Notes: generated by a model from the letters alone, not told the origin. Shown: positions 26,101-39,026, counted from the first letter of the whole stretch. The stretch: DNA of 63,993 bases, filler included, from Sphacelaria rigidula (GCA_964200075.2; 3 parts of 3 records of this genome joined end to end with filler, not necessarily neighbours in it), one strand, 5' to 3'. Program-made: numbers and translations.

Positions 26101-29100
26101 CACCCGAAACACCAATTACACTGCGTGAACGGTGACTAAGATGACACGATATCGTCATTACCTGGTCAACGGAGGTGGGAAGCACGACCGCCGGCTTCCC
26201 GTGCCACAAGGCGGCCTGAACAGACCGGAGATCACCATCCGTCACCAACACAGTAACAGCTCGGTGTGACATCACCCTGGACCGCGAACAACACATCACA
26301 AAACCATACAAACGTGACACAGAAAGAAGGAACAAAGAAGGACAAACTGCCGTGAGGTACATTTTAAGACTGTGTGCAGTAAGGTGGTACAATGTAACGT
26401 GAAGATAGACCTCATTCTGGGGTACTAGAGTAAAGCCTGGCACTGGGACTCGGGGTTGCTTCCAACGTTCAAGGGTTAGACAGAGCGCTCAGGCAACACG
26501 GTAGCTTATTACACTAGCTTGTGACCCCCGGGATGATACTTTTACTCGTGAATTTCAAGAGAAGCACGAGACTGTGACCTCATCACAGCTTGGCCAATGA
26601 CACTATATGGTCAATGGTTGCAATAGACAACAAATGCACCGCGTAAGGTATAGGCCTACTGCGACTACTTGCGGCCGCAAGTCGCAAGTAGTCGCAGTAG
26701 GCCCATGCTTTACGCAGCACATTCCTTGTCTATTGCAACCATCGATCATATATTGTTTAAGGTGTGAACCTCATAGCCCCCGTGATCGGAATACCACCAC
26801 TACGCCTTGTCAATAGTATTACTCGGGGGGCACGGCCTCCCCAGTACACGCTGGAGCCATACTTGACTGCTCCAACACGCAGGACGATCTTCGAGCAGCA
26901 CCTGAAAAACTAGCCACTTGTTCAACCCTCCGACATATTTGTAGTGGAGTCTAAAAATCGTTGCTCGATCGCTTCGGCAACTAGAACGACTAGTATGTCC
27001 GTCCAAACTACGCTCTCATACAACATGACGAACACGTCCCAGAACCGTTCCCGGTGCCGGTTCTTCAGCACCTCTTCGTCAAGCGAAGAACGTGTGCCCA
27101 ATATTCTGCAACGCCAGAACCCTCCCTAGGAACGCTTATGAGAAACCAACCTGAGCAAAAGTTCGGACGATCGTCTCGCCATCCCCCCCTCCTCCTCCTC
27201 CTCCAACACAAAAACCATAGATGTTCCTGACCGAGGCGTGTCATTCGCAGACACCCCTCGCGCCGCGTCACCACAACATCCGTCAGGAGCAGCCTGATCG
27301 TTACAAGAAGTCCGGGAATGTGTCGAACGGTCCGCAGAACATTCTCGGGCACATGATGAAGATCCACACGAAGAGGAGCACCCCGTCATCTTGTGTTCCG
27401 CCATGTCCCGAACCGGCGGCGGTGGCGGTGGTGCAGTGATGTCGCCGCCGCCGTGATGGCCTTCGCGTGAAGGTGTCGAGGAGGTTGTTGATGGGTTGGA
27501 CGTGTTGCTGTCGTGTTCGTGTTGTTCCTCAGTAAAGTCGGTGCTATCGGTGCTATCAGAGTCGGAATTGCCGATCCACAGGGTGCGGCATCCCACCGCG
27601 GATAGCTGAGTCACCGTCTGCGAGCACAAATCCATCCCAGCCGTAGGAGACGAGGATATTTAGTTGAACTGCGGCATCATGTACGCGTTTACATTTCTAT
27701 CCCACGACGAGAACGTGCGATTCGCTCGCGGAAAAGGAAATGCAAAGCTGCCCTGCAATAGGAAAAAGGGCGACTAGTCGGCGGCATGAATAATCCAACA
27801 CCTGTAGCTGTAGCTGTAGCTCAGCATCGAAAAGCGAGAGACAAGACGAAGCGGTGATCTCTGTACTCATTCATGAAAGAGTTGTATTCTAATACGTAAA
27901 GCCCATGTCACGGCGAGTCGTCGTAAAGAGGTACGAAGCGACCACCCCCAAAGCCGCCCACAACGTCAAAAACGGAACGATGAAATCCTTTTCGCCAGAT
28001 TTCTCCGATGATTTTTGGGTTAAATCACACAAAAAATCTCACCTCTTCCCGAAATGACTTCCAGGAAGGTGGGCCGTCAATACCCCCAACCGCCGCATTA
28101 GGGGGTACCCCCCACGCCTTGCCTCCGCCGCGGCCAAGTTGAACCACCACGACCGGAGCATCTTCGTCGCCTTCCACACCCTCCTGCACAATGCAGTACG
28201 TTTGGCCAATATCCACCGTTCAGTGCGGCAACAGGGAACGGTTCTCCGATGCATGAAGCGTCTCGATGATCACATGGAAGATAATACTTCCATGACTTTT
28301 TTTGCACTATATTCATTGCTCGAGCGCAAGAGCGGATCCCTGTCACAGTCGTCACAGTCGCCACTCCGACAGTTTCCAATCGGTCGGGCTACGCATGGAC
28401 GCGTCCCATGGACGGAATCGGTATGCCAACACAACGTTGAGAAATAGCCACGAACGACAGTGCACCCTTCCAGCCACAATGACGTAGTGATAATAAGCAT
28501 GAGCAGCATGAAACGAGCAACACTCACATCATACCTCCAGCTAAGATGCTCATGATCCGCAAAAGGGCGCCACCCTCTGTTACAAGCCATAACAAGCTAT
28601 AGCCGGAAGCGACGTGTTCGCATCCCTAAACCATGCTCACCGGTTCCAACCACGCCCACACATCACCCTCCAATCCTTTGTTTCTCGCCTCAGGTACCTC
28701 TTCTACAGAGTCCCCCCGCACATCGGCGTCTCCCGCACCGGCGCGACCCACCCCTCCACACGAATCAGCGTGTGCTGTTCCTCCGCTCGCCGTCGTCCCG
28801 CTTGTTGTTTTGCAGGACCCCGGAGACGCAGTGAAACGGTCTCCTCTCTCTGCCTCAGCCGTCCCGACCCATAAAGGGCCAACCTGTGTCACACAGCGGG
28901 TGTTGTGGATGAAGATAAATAGTGTAGCGTGGCAATAGAGGGTGGAGACTGCTAGTCGTGAAGCATTGCGATAGAGGGGGTGTAGCAACAGTGAGGTCAG
29001 GGGATGGTGGAAAATCCGTGTGTTCCCATCACATCGGTTCCATTGCCGAGTGGAGAAGTTTCTAATCCAATATACGCCGCTGTAGCTGCATACGCCGCCG

Positions 29101-32100
29101 CGCCCCGGCGGTGTAATGGTCCGGCTGTCGCCATTAGGGTGGAGAGATCGGGGGTTCGATTTCCGATGCGTTGGGTTTTTTTTTTTTTTTTTATGATTTC
29201 CACCGTGGAAAGCGTGAGAACGTGAGTAAACACTATAGTCGACTGGGTTTGTGTGACGTGAGTTGACGCGGTGTGGGAGTGCTCACCCCAACGCGCGAGA
29301 CCAAAATGAAAGGCATGTACCGGGGGAGAGATGACTTGATCCCTTGAGACCACAGACTCATCCCGAGGAAGGGGAGGGGTGCAAAGTGTGAGGAATAAAA
29401 ACAAATAAATAAATAGCTGTGGTTTGGTTCAAGGATGCACGGCTCGAGCTCCCGCGAATGCACTTAGCGTCCTGAGACCATGTGCATGTCTTACAACAGT
29501 ATGACAACCTGGGTATTCATGAAGATTGTCAGAAGCTACAACATGTTTGCTCCTGACGAATGTAACACTATTCTCACCATGTGTACCCGGGGCGGCAGAG
29601 CTCTGGCGTGCTCCAGGCTTCCGAAGCAACTGTTGCCCAAGGTCATCACCTGATCCGACAAGTAGCCGACACTGTCTCGAAAGCCGACTGCCTCGTGTTC
29701 ACCATGTCGCCACGCGGACAGGTCATCGGCGTCACGCGCAGCCTACATACACCATCCCAACAGGAAAGATAGCATAAGAACAAGTTTCGAACATGCACGC
29801 CTCAATGAGCACAACGCAGCTCATGCACGCAGCCCGGGAACGACCACACGCCGAAGGGACAAACGTATGCCTAATCCTAATGGCAAGGCATCCAACTTCG
29901 CAGTATTCGCGCATTTACCAAGAGAATAATGCAACATGTGTGATAATTGTGATGAGTGTGGGCGAATTGCAGAAAACAACAAAAAAACACGGCATGAAGA
30001 CATACTATACGAGTCATGCTCTACTCTATAACCGCGAGACCACGCCCAGCAGACCTCAAACACCCGCTCATGCGATGGGCACAACGGTGCGTGAGCTTTG
30101 AGATCACCCTCATGAACACCAACGCGAGTTGAACGTCACTCTTCTGCTGCGGCGTGTGATGCTTCCCGTCGCTCTTAAGCCGCGACGGTAGCATGTCAGC
30201 TGTAATCGGGGTCATGACAACCTTGGCGACTGGCGAGCGACACGTGACACACCCAAGTCGCGACAACATTTGTCTGCAGTGCCGTATAGTACCGTAAAGT
30301 ATCGTCACCTGCAGCCGTGACAGCGACAACACGAGACGGACGAGGCTGCTATGCAAGCGATGGGTGATGGTTTGGCCCTCCACGCGAAACCCTGTTCCGT
30401 TACGTCGTCAAAACACCATCGGAGACACAACAACAGACAATATCAATATCAGGCTGGGAGGAGTAAATAAGAAGCAAAATTTAAAATATCAAAAGGTTGA
30501 CAAAATGCAACTTCTCGTGACAAGACAGACACAGAGAGGGTACTAAACTAAAACACCCTGAGTACATTATAGTTTGGGTGCATCGATCGGGTACATCGAT
30601 CACCGGTCCTCCTGCCCTTCCCCCAGAAAATACGCTACTGCCTAGATTCGTCGACGATCCGAACCACAGGTGCGTGATAAAAAGCCAAACACAGCAACTC
30701 TGATCGAAGTATACCAAGAGGCAAATGCCGCAGTCACCATCGGCGTACCGTACCTGTGAATGGAGCCGGGATGGCGTTGGGTGGCTTATCCAGATCCCCC
30801 AGTAATCCCGCGCTGTTCACAACGCAGCGCAACCCCAGCTCCGAGCATGCACGAAACGCCGCTATAGCCCGTCGATCCGCAACAAGCAGCGCCGGTGGGT
30901 CTCGACGAAGGGCCTTACAAACGAAACATTTGCGCGCCAACAATGTGCGCAACAAAATGGTTGTGAGTCCATGAAAGCAAGCATCGCATGCACAATACGC
31001 CATGCATATGCATGGGTTCAGACGGTGTCAACTCTCACTGGGCCAAGACTTCGCGCACACGGGCAAAATGAACTGGGAGAGGAGACGGTCGAGGGAAATT
31101 GCAACACACGACCGAACGATAGATTGTAGGTTCGGCATTATCGATCGCTGAATCCTCGATTCATATCCCACAACTGCGTTTGTTGCGAAGCAGTGATTCG
31201 TTTCCTCCATCACGCCCGGTATACCCTTCAACGGCTGAAACATGCACACCATGAGTATACAGTAGCCCCATCATTTGCCCGCCGTCCTGAGCTGAGCTAC
31301 ATTCCCAGAACATATTCAGACAGACATAATCTCTACACAGCAGCCCCGCCTTTTCACCAAGTCCCATCACTTTTATACGCGATGTCAAACAGCTGTACAG
31401 ACCTCACGCCCCCCGGCCGCCCCGCAGAGAACGCACCCACCCCATATCTGAATATCTGCGCACCCCACACCCGCCAGCGCTGTCTCACCTCAACAAGAGG
31501 TGCGTACATAACCGCCCCCTGGCGATGATAAAAACTAAGGTACTTGGTGAGATGGTACAGCAACTCCCTCGCGCCCACCAAACTCCCCCAGAGGCCGCGC
31601 CACAACCCAAGCCCGGCGCCCCACCCACCGCCCACCCCGCCGCCCCAAGCATCCCCTAACCCCTGTTTGTGAGCGGCGCATGTCTTTCGCCCGGGACCCG
31701 GCGGACGCGCCGAGAAAGGGCAGTGGCTAGACGTTGCGGTGTACGTAGTTGGGTTGGTTTCGCTAGAGGCGCCCGTAGAGGTTGGGTGGTGGAATGGGGG
31801 CAAGGGGGAGTCGTGCGGGTGGTCTTTGCTGTCGGTGCTGCCGTTGGGAGTGCTGAGTGCCATGAACGAGAGGCCTGGGATGCCTTCCGCCCTGTAAGCA
31901 TTGGATCGGATTTGGGGGGGGGAAATGGGGGGTTGCGGAGTTCAACTTGGACTGTGCCAATTGCTGATCACAAAAAACGGCTATGAGTTACGGTTGGGTC
32001 GCGTCTGTTCCATGGGCACTTGATTGGTTTGTGGCTGTACCGGGGGTGCAGCGGATGCAGCGGGTTTTTCTTTGCCCGCGTGTTCATGCCGGCACCTTGT

Positions 32101-32925
32101 CTTCACGTCACTTGTTCGCGACCGTGTTTTCACGTCCCAACGCCCCAACGCCAATGCGCCCCAACGTCACGATGGTGTAGTGAGGGAAAGTCGCACATGC
32201 AGCACATGCAGTACACATCCTAACAACAGTACGCAGACGATAATGCATCCCTCTGTACTGCTCGGGAAGCACTATTTTTGGCGAGGGTAAGAAGCAATTC
32301 CGCCAATTTTCCTCATCAGACATGAACCGAATACCGTTGCCAGTGCTCATTTTTGAAAGCCGTTTGCGCGCGGCACATGTTGTGGGTCCTCCTTGCTCCA
32401 AGAGCTGCCGAAAACTCCAATCAATTGAAACGAGGCAGTCGTGGTAACCGGGATAACTTCTCGACGGCAGAGGCGATCGATTGGTGGAGTCCGCTAATAT
32501 GTGTTCCGTAATCCTATTTTGAAGGAAAGTGTACACCACAGATGCGAGGAGACACGATGACCACGTCGATCTCACCAGGCCTCGAAGGACGCCGGCAATG
32601 CTAAGGTTGCCCGATATCCTCTCTGTATCATCTCCTGAGCCAACGCCTTGAGTGGCAGCACTGCGCTCTCCTCGGGCACGCCCACGAACACCACGTGCTC
32701 CTGGCGTTGTCCACTGTCAATTGTTTCGCAAGACATCGGGTCAGAGAAATCGACACAAAATCGCTGAGGTCCACCATCGTCTGCCAACTGCCCCTGACAG
32801 AACGATGACTGTTGATAAGCAAAATACCCTCCGATGAACCATAAAGTCAGCGAATATCCGGGCCACCGCCAGCCGCGATACCCATGAATCTTCTGCCTTT
32901 CATCTCCTAGCCGAAGTTTGCACAT
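23117..32925 (-). CDS. UDP-glycosyltransferase (GT1/UGT)-fold membrane protein with divergent catalytic motifs; 12 exons, ~1025 aa
   Basis: Exons (minus) 32925-32576, 31891-31489, 30913-30754, 30199-30108 (least certain), 29742-29578, 28883-28641, 28183-28043, 27617-27151, 26276-26162, 25729-25550, 24579-24203, 23501-23117. All are GT-AG and phase-consistent. UGT landmarks appear in order: HVVFVGVP..SAVLPLKALAQEMIQRGYRATLA; PALLVAD; LGNSCFGSLEHARALPPRVHMVGPL; VWAWLE; CRTLW; SHRAVTVLVTDGDLRSVQAALWHGKPAVVLPTSVDQREVASRLDHLGAG; LREAGGVGRA; LSWAQRYLVDV followed by a TM helix. Confidence 0.82.
26604..26752. repeat. ~150-bp near-perfect inverted repeat (TA-flanked mini-MITE or hairpin RNA) in a UGT intron
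   Basis: ATGGTTGCAATAGACAA pairs with TTGTCTATTGCAACCAT, and GGCCTACTGCGACTACTTGCG pairs with CGCAAGTAGTCGCAGTAGGCC. Confidence 0.85.
29101..29415 (+). mobile_element. tRNA-derived SINE (family A), copy 1
   Basis: A box GGTGTAATGGT and B box GGTTCGATTTCC. The body is shared with 61996-62312 (TTCCACCGT.GAAAGCGTG; AGACCAAAATGAAAGGC.TGTACCG; TTGATCCCTTGAGACCAC). Ends in an A-rich tail. Confidence 0.8.
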
Positions 32926-35789
32926 CGTCAGTCTACGTCGTTCCCGGATAATCTGGACAAGGAGCCTTCATTTCTTCGTAATTCTCTCAACAAGTCCCCT
33001 TCTGCATGCTTTCAAGCAGAGAATTGGGCAAGACTCGAACCCGATACACTGTTTTTTCAACAGTGCATCGTTCTACCGGGGCGGGTGCGGGGTGGGGAAG
33101 CCAACGTTCCGCACATGTTTTTCTTGTATCGACAATACGCTTACCTTCAGGCTTGCGAAAATTTGTCAATACCCGCGGAAAAATACCGGGGGGGCGTGGG
33201 GGGAGGGGATGGGAGACGATGGGAGGGGGTAGGAGGGGATAGGAGGGCACAGCTAGTACAAATGGAATAGGAAACATGAGATAATGTAGTAAATGTTACC
33301 ACTTCGTAGGGTTCAACTTTCGCGGAATACTCTCAAATAATTTGGGTGTGAAGACCGAAGTTCGGGTCTTCAGTCGGGCTGACCGTCCCAAACGTTCCTA
33401 GCGTGCGCAGAAGGCGTTTTTGTCTAGATCGGCACCCCAAGCGCCGATTTAAAGTCCGCCAACGCCACACTTTGCCTGGGGAAAAAAATTGCACCCCGTT
33501 GACTGAGGGTTCTCGGTGTGCCTTGGTTGGGATTAGGGTTGGGGTTGGGGTTGGGGTTATCTGAAAATGATATAATCCCGAGAAAGTCCTACCCTACCAA
33601 GTGGTAGTATGACCTTGGATAGCAAGTGCAAAGGGCAGTATTTTAGTGTAAATATTAAATGTAGGGATATGAGAAAACTGTGCTTCCAAGAAGCACGGGC
33701 TCCCGAGGGCGCTGTACCAGTTACTATACCCATTTCTAGGGTCGGGCTTCCGGGATGTAGTGTGGAACTTGGGGGACAGATACTAGCTAGCACGCTATCA
33801 CTCGTGGGGAATGATCCAATCCTCGTCGATGTTGTCGAAGGGAGCAGAAATCACGCAACCCCAGAAACAAAGAAAGAGAGTGCCCTCCCTTAACACATTT
33901 GTTTCGAGTCTAACTAGCGGTGTGTGCAGATATACTTCTCGTCGTCGTCGTTAATACTAACAGCTGTTCGATGTCCGGTTTGTAAAGTGCTTCGTCGTCT
34001 TCGCCCTGCATTTCTAATTAATTTCTGTCGCGCCACAGACTACATCTTTACCGCAAAATGCGCCAACCCTGGCCATTGCGTGAGTGCTGTCTGTACGGCA
34101 CCGATCAACACGAGCCATCCCGAACAAAAGCACGACGGGCACCAATAGGGAGCCGGCAGCATTAATGCTGATATAGTCCTTTTCTGGGATTATGCCATCC
34201 GGTAGCATGAAACAACGCACAACAACAACGATAGCATCGCCTTGTCTCATGCCCCGTATCGAAAGCCATGCCGTATACAGAAGGAGCAAGCTAAGCGCAA
34301 GTGAAGACTACAACGCCAACCCCGGCCACCGCAACCATACCGCAGGCACGACAACGCTCATAGCGAACGTTGGATATACCACCCTGTATGCAGCGAGACA
34401 AAGTACCCTCTATGGGGCCATTCTTGTCCTGGATACTATCTATCTCTCCGCAGCACGGTCCTGTACGGCGGCTGCGGGCTGCAGAAGGCCGGTAAACACA
34501 GGTGTGACGGAGTTTTAAAATCAAGTATGCGTTATAAAATGCGTTACGTGATGTAGAGAGACTGGTAATAATTTTAACTAAATGACTTGAAACTAGTGTG
34601 TGCATAATATAAATTGACCCGTACCTATGAACCCACCGTCGGGGGTACGCTAGAGAAATATCACCCATAATTTTATTTATTTCCTGTGATATTTTCCCGT
34701 CCCGGACTCGTGGGGGAACATGCTTCACACAAGTTCTGAAACATACCCATTACATAAGGTTAGAACGGAACGCACAACTTGTACCATATACGGTCCTATG
34801 GCTGACACGCTATGAAAGACCGGAGCGGTTTGGTGGGTGCCCAAAAACAATTGTGGAGAAAATATATATATTTTCCATATTTTCAGTGGACATTCGACCC
34901 TTGGACCAACCTGCTCCGCCGGAAAACAAATCGGGTCCGGCAGTTTACAAGAGGAAGCTTACGCGGACACAGAGCACCAAGCAGCTCTTCAATACTCGAT
35001 TGACTTACCGAGTGATTCTGCCTCGAAAAAAATCAGCTTCGGTCAGCACACAAAGCATCAATAAGGGGATGAGGCTCAGTACCGGCCCGTAGTGTCTGTC
35101 CGCAGAGCAGCCGGGAAGCCCACCAAGTCCACCATGTATGTTGGAAAGTTTCTCGCGGAAGATTCTCGCGGAAGATTCTAAGCCAGGAACGAAGCCCGAG
35201 AGGCGCGGTATGACAATTCTGACCAATCGCGGCCGTCAAAACGAGCACAAAGTTTCCCTACAGGTGGACTACAGGTGGACTATTTCGCTGTCTAGCGGTA
35301 TTTCTCATTTTGGTCATGGTAATTCAACCATAAATAACATGGGCACAAATAACGTGTTTTGTACTCTGCTCGTGGTCTGTGTCGCCTGTCTGACGCTTCA
35401 TGTGTTGCCAGCATAGGTTCACTCTGTCTGGAGTGTTGTGGAATACTTCGCAGAGGCATTAGCAGCATGCAGTACATTGTGGTCAGTGGAGAGCGATGCC
35501 ACGCTGACTCTTTCTTGCCGCTGTCACATCCCATACTGAACCTGTGCGCTGTAGAGACCGCACAGTCAAAGCCGGTCAGGGGTTCCCCAAAACTGCTTTC
35601 TATGTAAGGTGGTGTTTTAACGACACAAGGAAAATGATGATCATTTCGTGATAGTGATTGTGAAGAGACGGTTCACAACTTCATTATCACGAGAAATCAC
35701 GCACCGTTTTAATCGAGTATGCTAGGGTGGGAAACAAGTGATACAGGAACGGTGAAACAGCACGCGAACAAACTAGCGACTTCAAGGAG

Positions 35790-37240
35790 GGCGGCTATCA
35801 CGCGCAAGGGGGTATGGGTATTGTCGCAGGTCGAAACGCAGACCGCCTTCCGCACGAGAAGAAGCAACAGCAGCAGTATCAGCACCATCGTTATTGCCAG
35901 TACATGTACTCTGCTGGGGGTGGGTCTGAATCAGCCGGTGCCGATACTGCTGCTGCTGCTGCTGCTGCCGTTCTTACTCATGAGAGGAACGGTCCGCGAT
36001 TCGATCGTGCTACAACGCCCACGCACCTTGCACGTAACAGCCACCGTGCTGGAAAGCGCTGGTCCGTACTACCCGCCGATAGGTCTATGCTTGCTTACTA
36101 GGCTAAGCGCTGGGAGATAATGCTGCGCGCATCTCTGTGTGCGAGCTGTGCACGTCGGGTGTGTCTCGCACGCGTGGCTGCTGCTGGTGATGGGAATGAA
36201 GCCAGCGTCCAATACAGGGGAAACCAAGTGATATGTACTCGTACTGAAAATTCTACTACTGTATGGGGGTAACAACACGCAAACAGATCGTAGTCTACTT
36301 TAAATAATACTGTAGTAGGAGGGGGCAATAACGCACCAGGTCATGGGTATTGTCGCACGTCGAAACGCGGACCGCCTCCCGCACGAGAAGCAGCAGCAGC
36401 AGCAGTATCTTTATTGCCAGTAAATGTGTACGGCTGGGGGTGGGTTTGAATCAGCCGGTGCCGATACTGCTGCTGCTGCCGCTGCTGATGCCATTTTTCC
36501 TCATGCGAGAGACGGTGTGCGTTTCAATCGTGCTACAACGCCCACGCACCTTGCGCGTGACAGCCACCATGCCAGAAAGCGCTGGTCCGTACTGCCCGCT
36601 GATGAGTCAATGCTTCCTCACCAGGCTAAGTGCTGGAAGATTCAGCTGTGGGCATCTCTCTGTGCGAACTGTGCATATTGGGTGTGTCTCGCACGCGTGG
36701 CTACTGCTGGCGATGGCGTTCAAAGAATATAGCCAGTGTCCAATACAGGGGAAAACAAGTGAAATGTACTTGTACTGCAATGATACAATATACTGATACA
36801 ATATAAGGGTAACAACACGCAAACAGATCATAATCGATTTCAAGTGGGGAGGAGGAAATAACGCGCCAGGTGCATGGATATTGTCGTACATCGAAACGCG
36901 GACCGCCTCCCGCACGAGAAGCAGCAGCAGCAGCAGCAGTATCTTCATTGCCAGGAAATGTGTACGGTTGGGGGTGGTTTTGAATCAGCTGGTACCGATG
37001 CTGCTGCTGCTGCTGCTCTTCATCGTAGACGGTCTGCGTTTCGACCGTGCGACAACACCCACGCACCTTGCGAGTGACGGCCACTGTGCTGGACAGCGCT
37101 GGTACGTACTACCCGCCGATGGGTCCATGCTTGTTTACTCGGCGAGGTTCTGCGATATATAGCTGTGCGCATCTCTCTAGGGGAGCTGTGCACGTGGAGT
37201 GTATCTGTCTCACACGCGTGGCTACTGCTAGTGACGGGAT
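35790..37240. repeat. Tandem array of three ~530-bp units, each containing a long fold-back with CAG/CTG arms
   Basis: The anchor ATGG(G/A)TATTGTCG recurs at 35814, 36343 and 36874. Internal inverted arms CAGCAGCAGTATC and GAT(A/G)CTGCTGCTG. Confidence 0.9.
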
Positions 37241-38077
37241 CCCAACTGTCTGTCCCATGAAGAGCTCAACAGCCCACTCCTTCCAACCATGTCATGTTCC
37301 TCTTCGCATTCTCACGCGAATGTCCCTCCGCTCTCACGAAAATTAATCCCCAAAACATTAATTAATTTTCGTGAGAGTGATTTTGGGGGAGGTGAGAATG
37401 TGGCATCAACTCACAACCAATCGGGATCATGAAAAAAGAAAGAAAATCCCCAACCGTCATATTCAGATCACTATCACGTCGCGTTCTCACATTTTTGGAC
37501 TCGATAAAACGCGCCCTAAATGCCCAAGATCCACATCATTGTAAAAAAAGGCGTTTGTGTAGCGACAAAAGAGCTATTCTGAACCCCAACGTAGTCCATC
37601 TCAGTCCACCTGTAGGGGGGTCGCTGTCTAATCGCTGTCTAAGGGTGAATCCTCTGCTATGGGCCCAAAAGCACCAGAACGATACAGAATTAGCCGGGTT
37701 CACCTTGGGATCGAATCGCCAGGCTGTGGGAAATTGCAAAATGGGGTGTTGGCTCTCCATGCCGGTTTGTTTGGAAGAAAAGAAATTGTGAGCAAGCCAC
37801 GCCTTCGCTGACTTCGACAGCTACAGTGCCAGCACAAAGACACGCCAAAACCCGCGGTGTGGATCTTGAGCGTACCAGTATCCATGTCATCAGTGTGTCA
37901 CGCTTCGTTTGGGCCGTTCGGCGCCGAAGCGATAGAGAAACAACGGTTTTCAGCCTCCGTGTTTGCTGAAAATACGATCAAACGATCACAAACACCTGCC
38001 CAAACATGTGTTCAAGAGCAACGAAAAATGCTGCTAGTGTGACCGCGGGTTCAAGAGATCGGACTGAAATAGGGTCA

Positions 38078-38538
38078 ACTCTAATGGGAGCCGTTCAAAC
38101 TTCCTGTTGAAGACTGCCTTTTGGGCCCTTCTCCGTCGATTGATGCCCGAGAGGAGGGCTGGGCGGATGTTGACGCCTTGGAATGACTTGCTCTACTCAT
38201 TGAGACCGTTCCAGGGCAACTTTGCGCTTCCCGCCGGCCGCCGTTTGGTGTTTGGTCAAACCAGGTCCAGCGCGGATTTTCAGAAAAAAACAATCAGGTG
38301 ATTAAAATTACCCCCATTTCTTTGATCGCTTGACCGTTTTTATTGACAATCCGTGTTTGGCCAAAAATAAAAGTGCAGCCAGCGGGAAATGCAAAGTTGC
38401 CCTGGAACGGGCTCAATGAGTAGAGCAAGTCATTCCAAGGCGTCAACATCCGCCTAGCCTTCTTTTCAGGCGTAATACGACGGAGAAGGGCCAAAAAGGT
38501 AGTTTTAAACAGGAATTTTGAACGGCTCCCATTAGAGT
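38078..38538. mobile_element. Palindromic MITE
   Basis: TIR ACTCTAATGGGAGCCGTTCAAA / TTTGAACGGCTCCCATTAGAGT, with internal inverted homology (GCGGATGTTGACGCCTTGGAATGACTTGCTCTACTCATTGAG). Confidence 0.82.
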
Positions 38539-38546
38539 CGGTCTAA

Positions 38547-39026
38547 GGCCGGATGTTATGGCACACAGATTTTTGGCCCACGCATTGTTCACTTTTATGG
38601 CGTTTGAGCCACTTTTTGACCCCAAAACAGGGAACATCGCCAACACGTCTTGGACACTTTGCATCACCCCACAGAGAGGAGCGTAGCCCACTTTTCAGAT
38701 TCGCTTGGCTCCGAGGTTTCGAGAGCGGCCGCTGAAAAAAAATCCGTGTGCAACAAAATCTACGGCGATCTCCGCAGGATATTGGGCAAACCGGCGGGGG
38801 TCGGCAAGCACGGATTTTCGCACACGAATTTTTCTTCAGCGGCCAATCTTGAAACCTCGTAGCCAAGCGAATCTGACAAGTGGGCTAGGCTCCTCTCTGT
38901 GGGGTGATGAAAAGTGTCCAAGACGTGTGTTGGCGATTTACCCTGTTTGGGGATCAAAAAGGGGGTCAAATGTTCTTAGGGTGAACAATCCGTGGGCCAA
39001 AAATCTGTATGCCATAACATCCGGCC
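38547..39026. mobile_element. Palindromic PIF/Harbinger (Tourist-like) MITE, copy 2
   Basis: TIR GGCCGGATGTTATGGCA / TGCCATAACATCCGGCC with TAA on both sides (3-bp TSD). Confidence 0.87.

Noticed and set aside
33533-33558. Telomere-like TTAGGG/TTGGGG run
   Set aside because: Only about four degenerate interstitial units, most likely part of a repeat.
35719-37346. PolyQ/polyA/polyL ORFs in the tandem array
   Set aside because: Frames are not conserved between units (stop in unit 2) and arise from CAG/CTG tracts.
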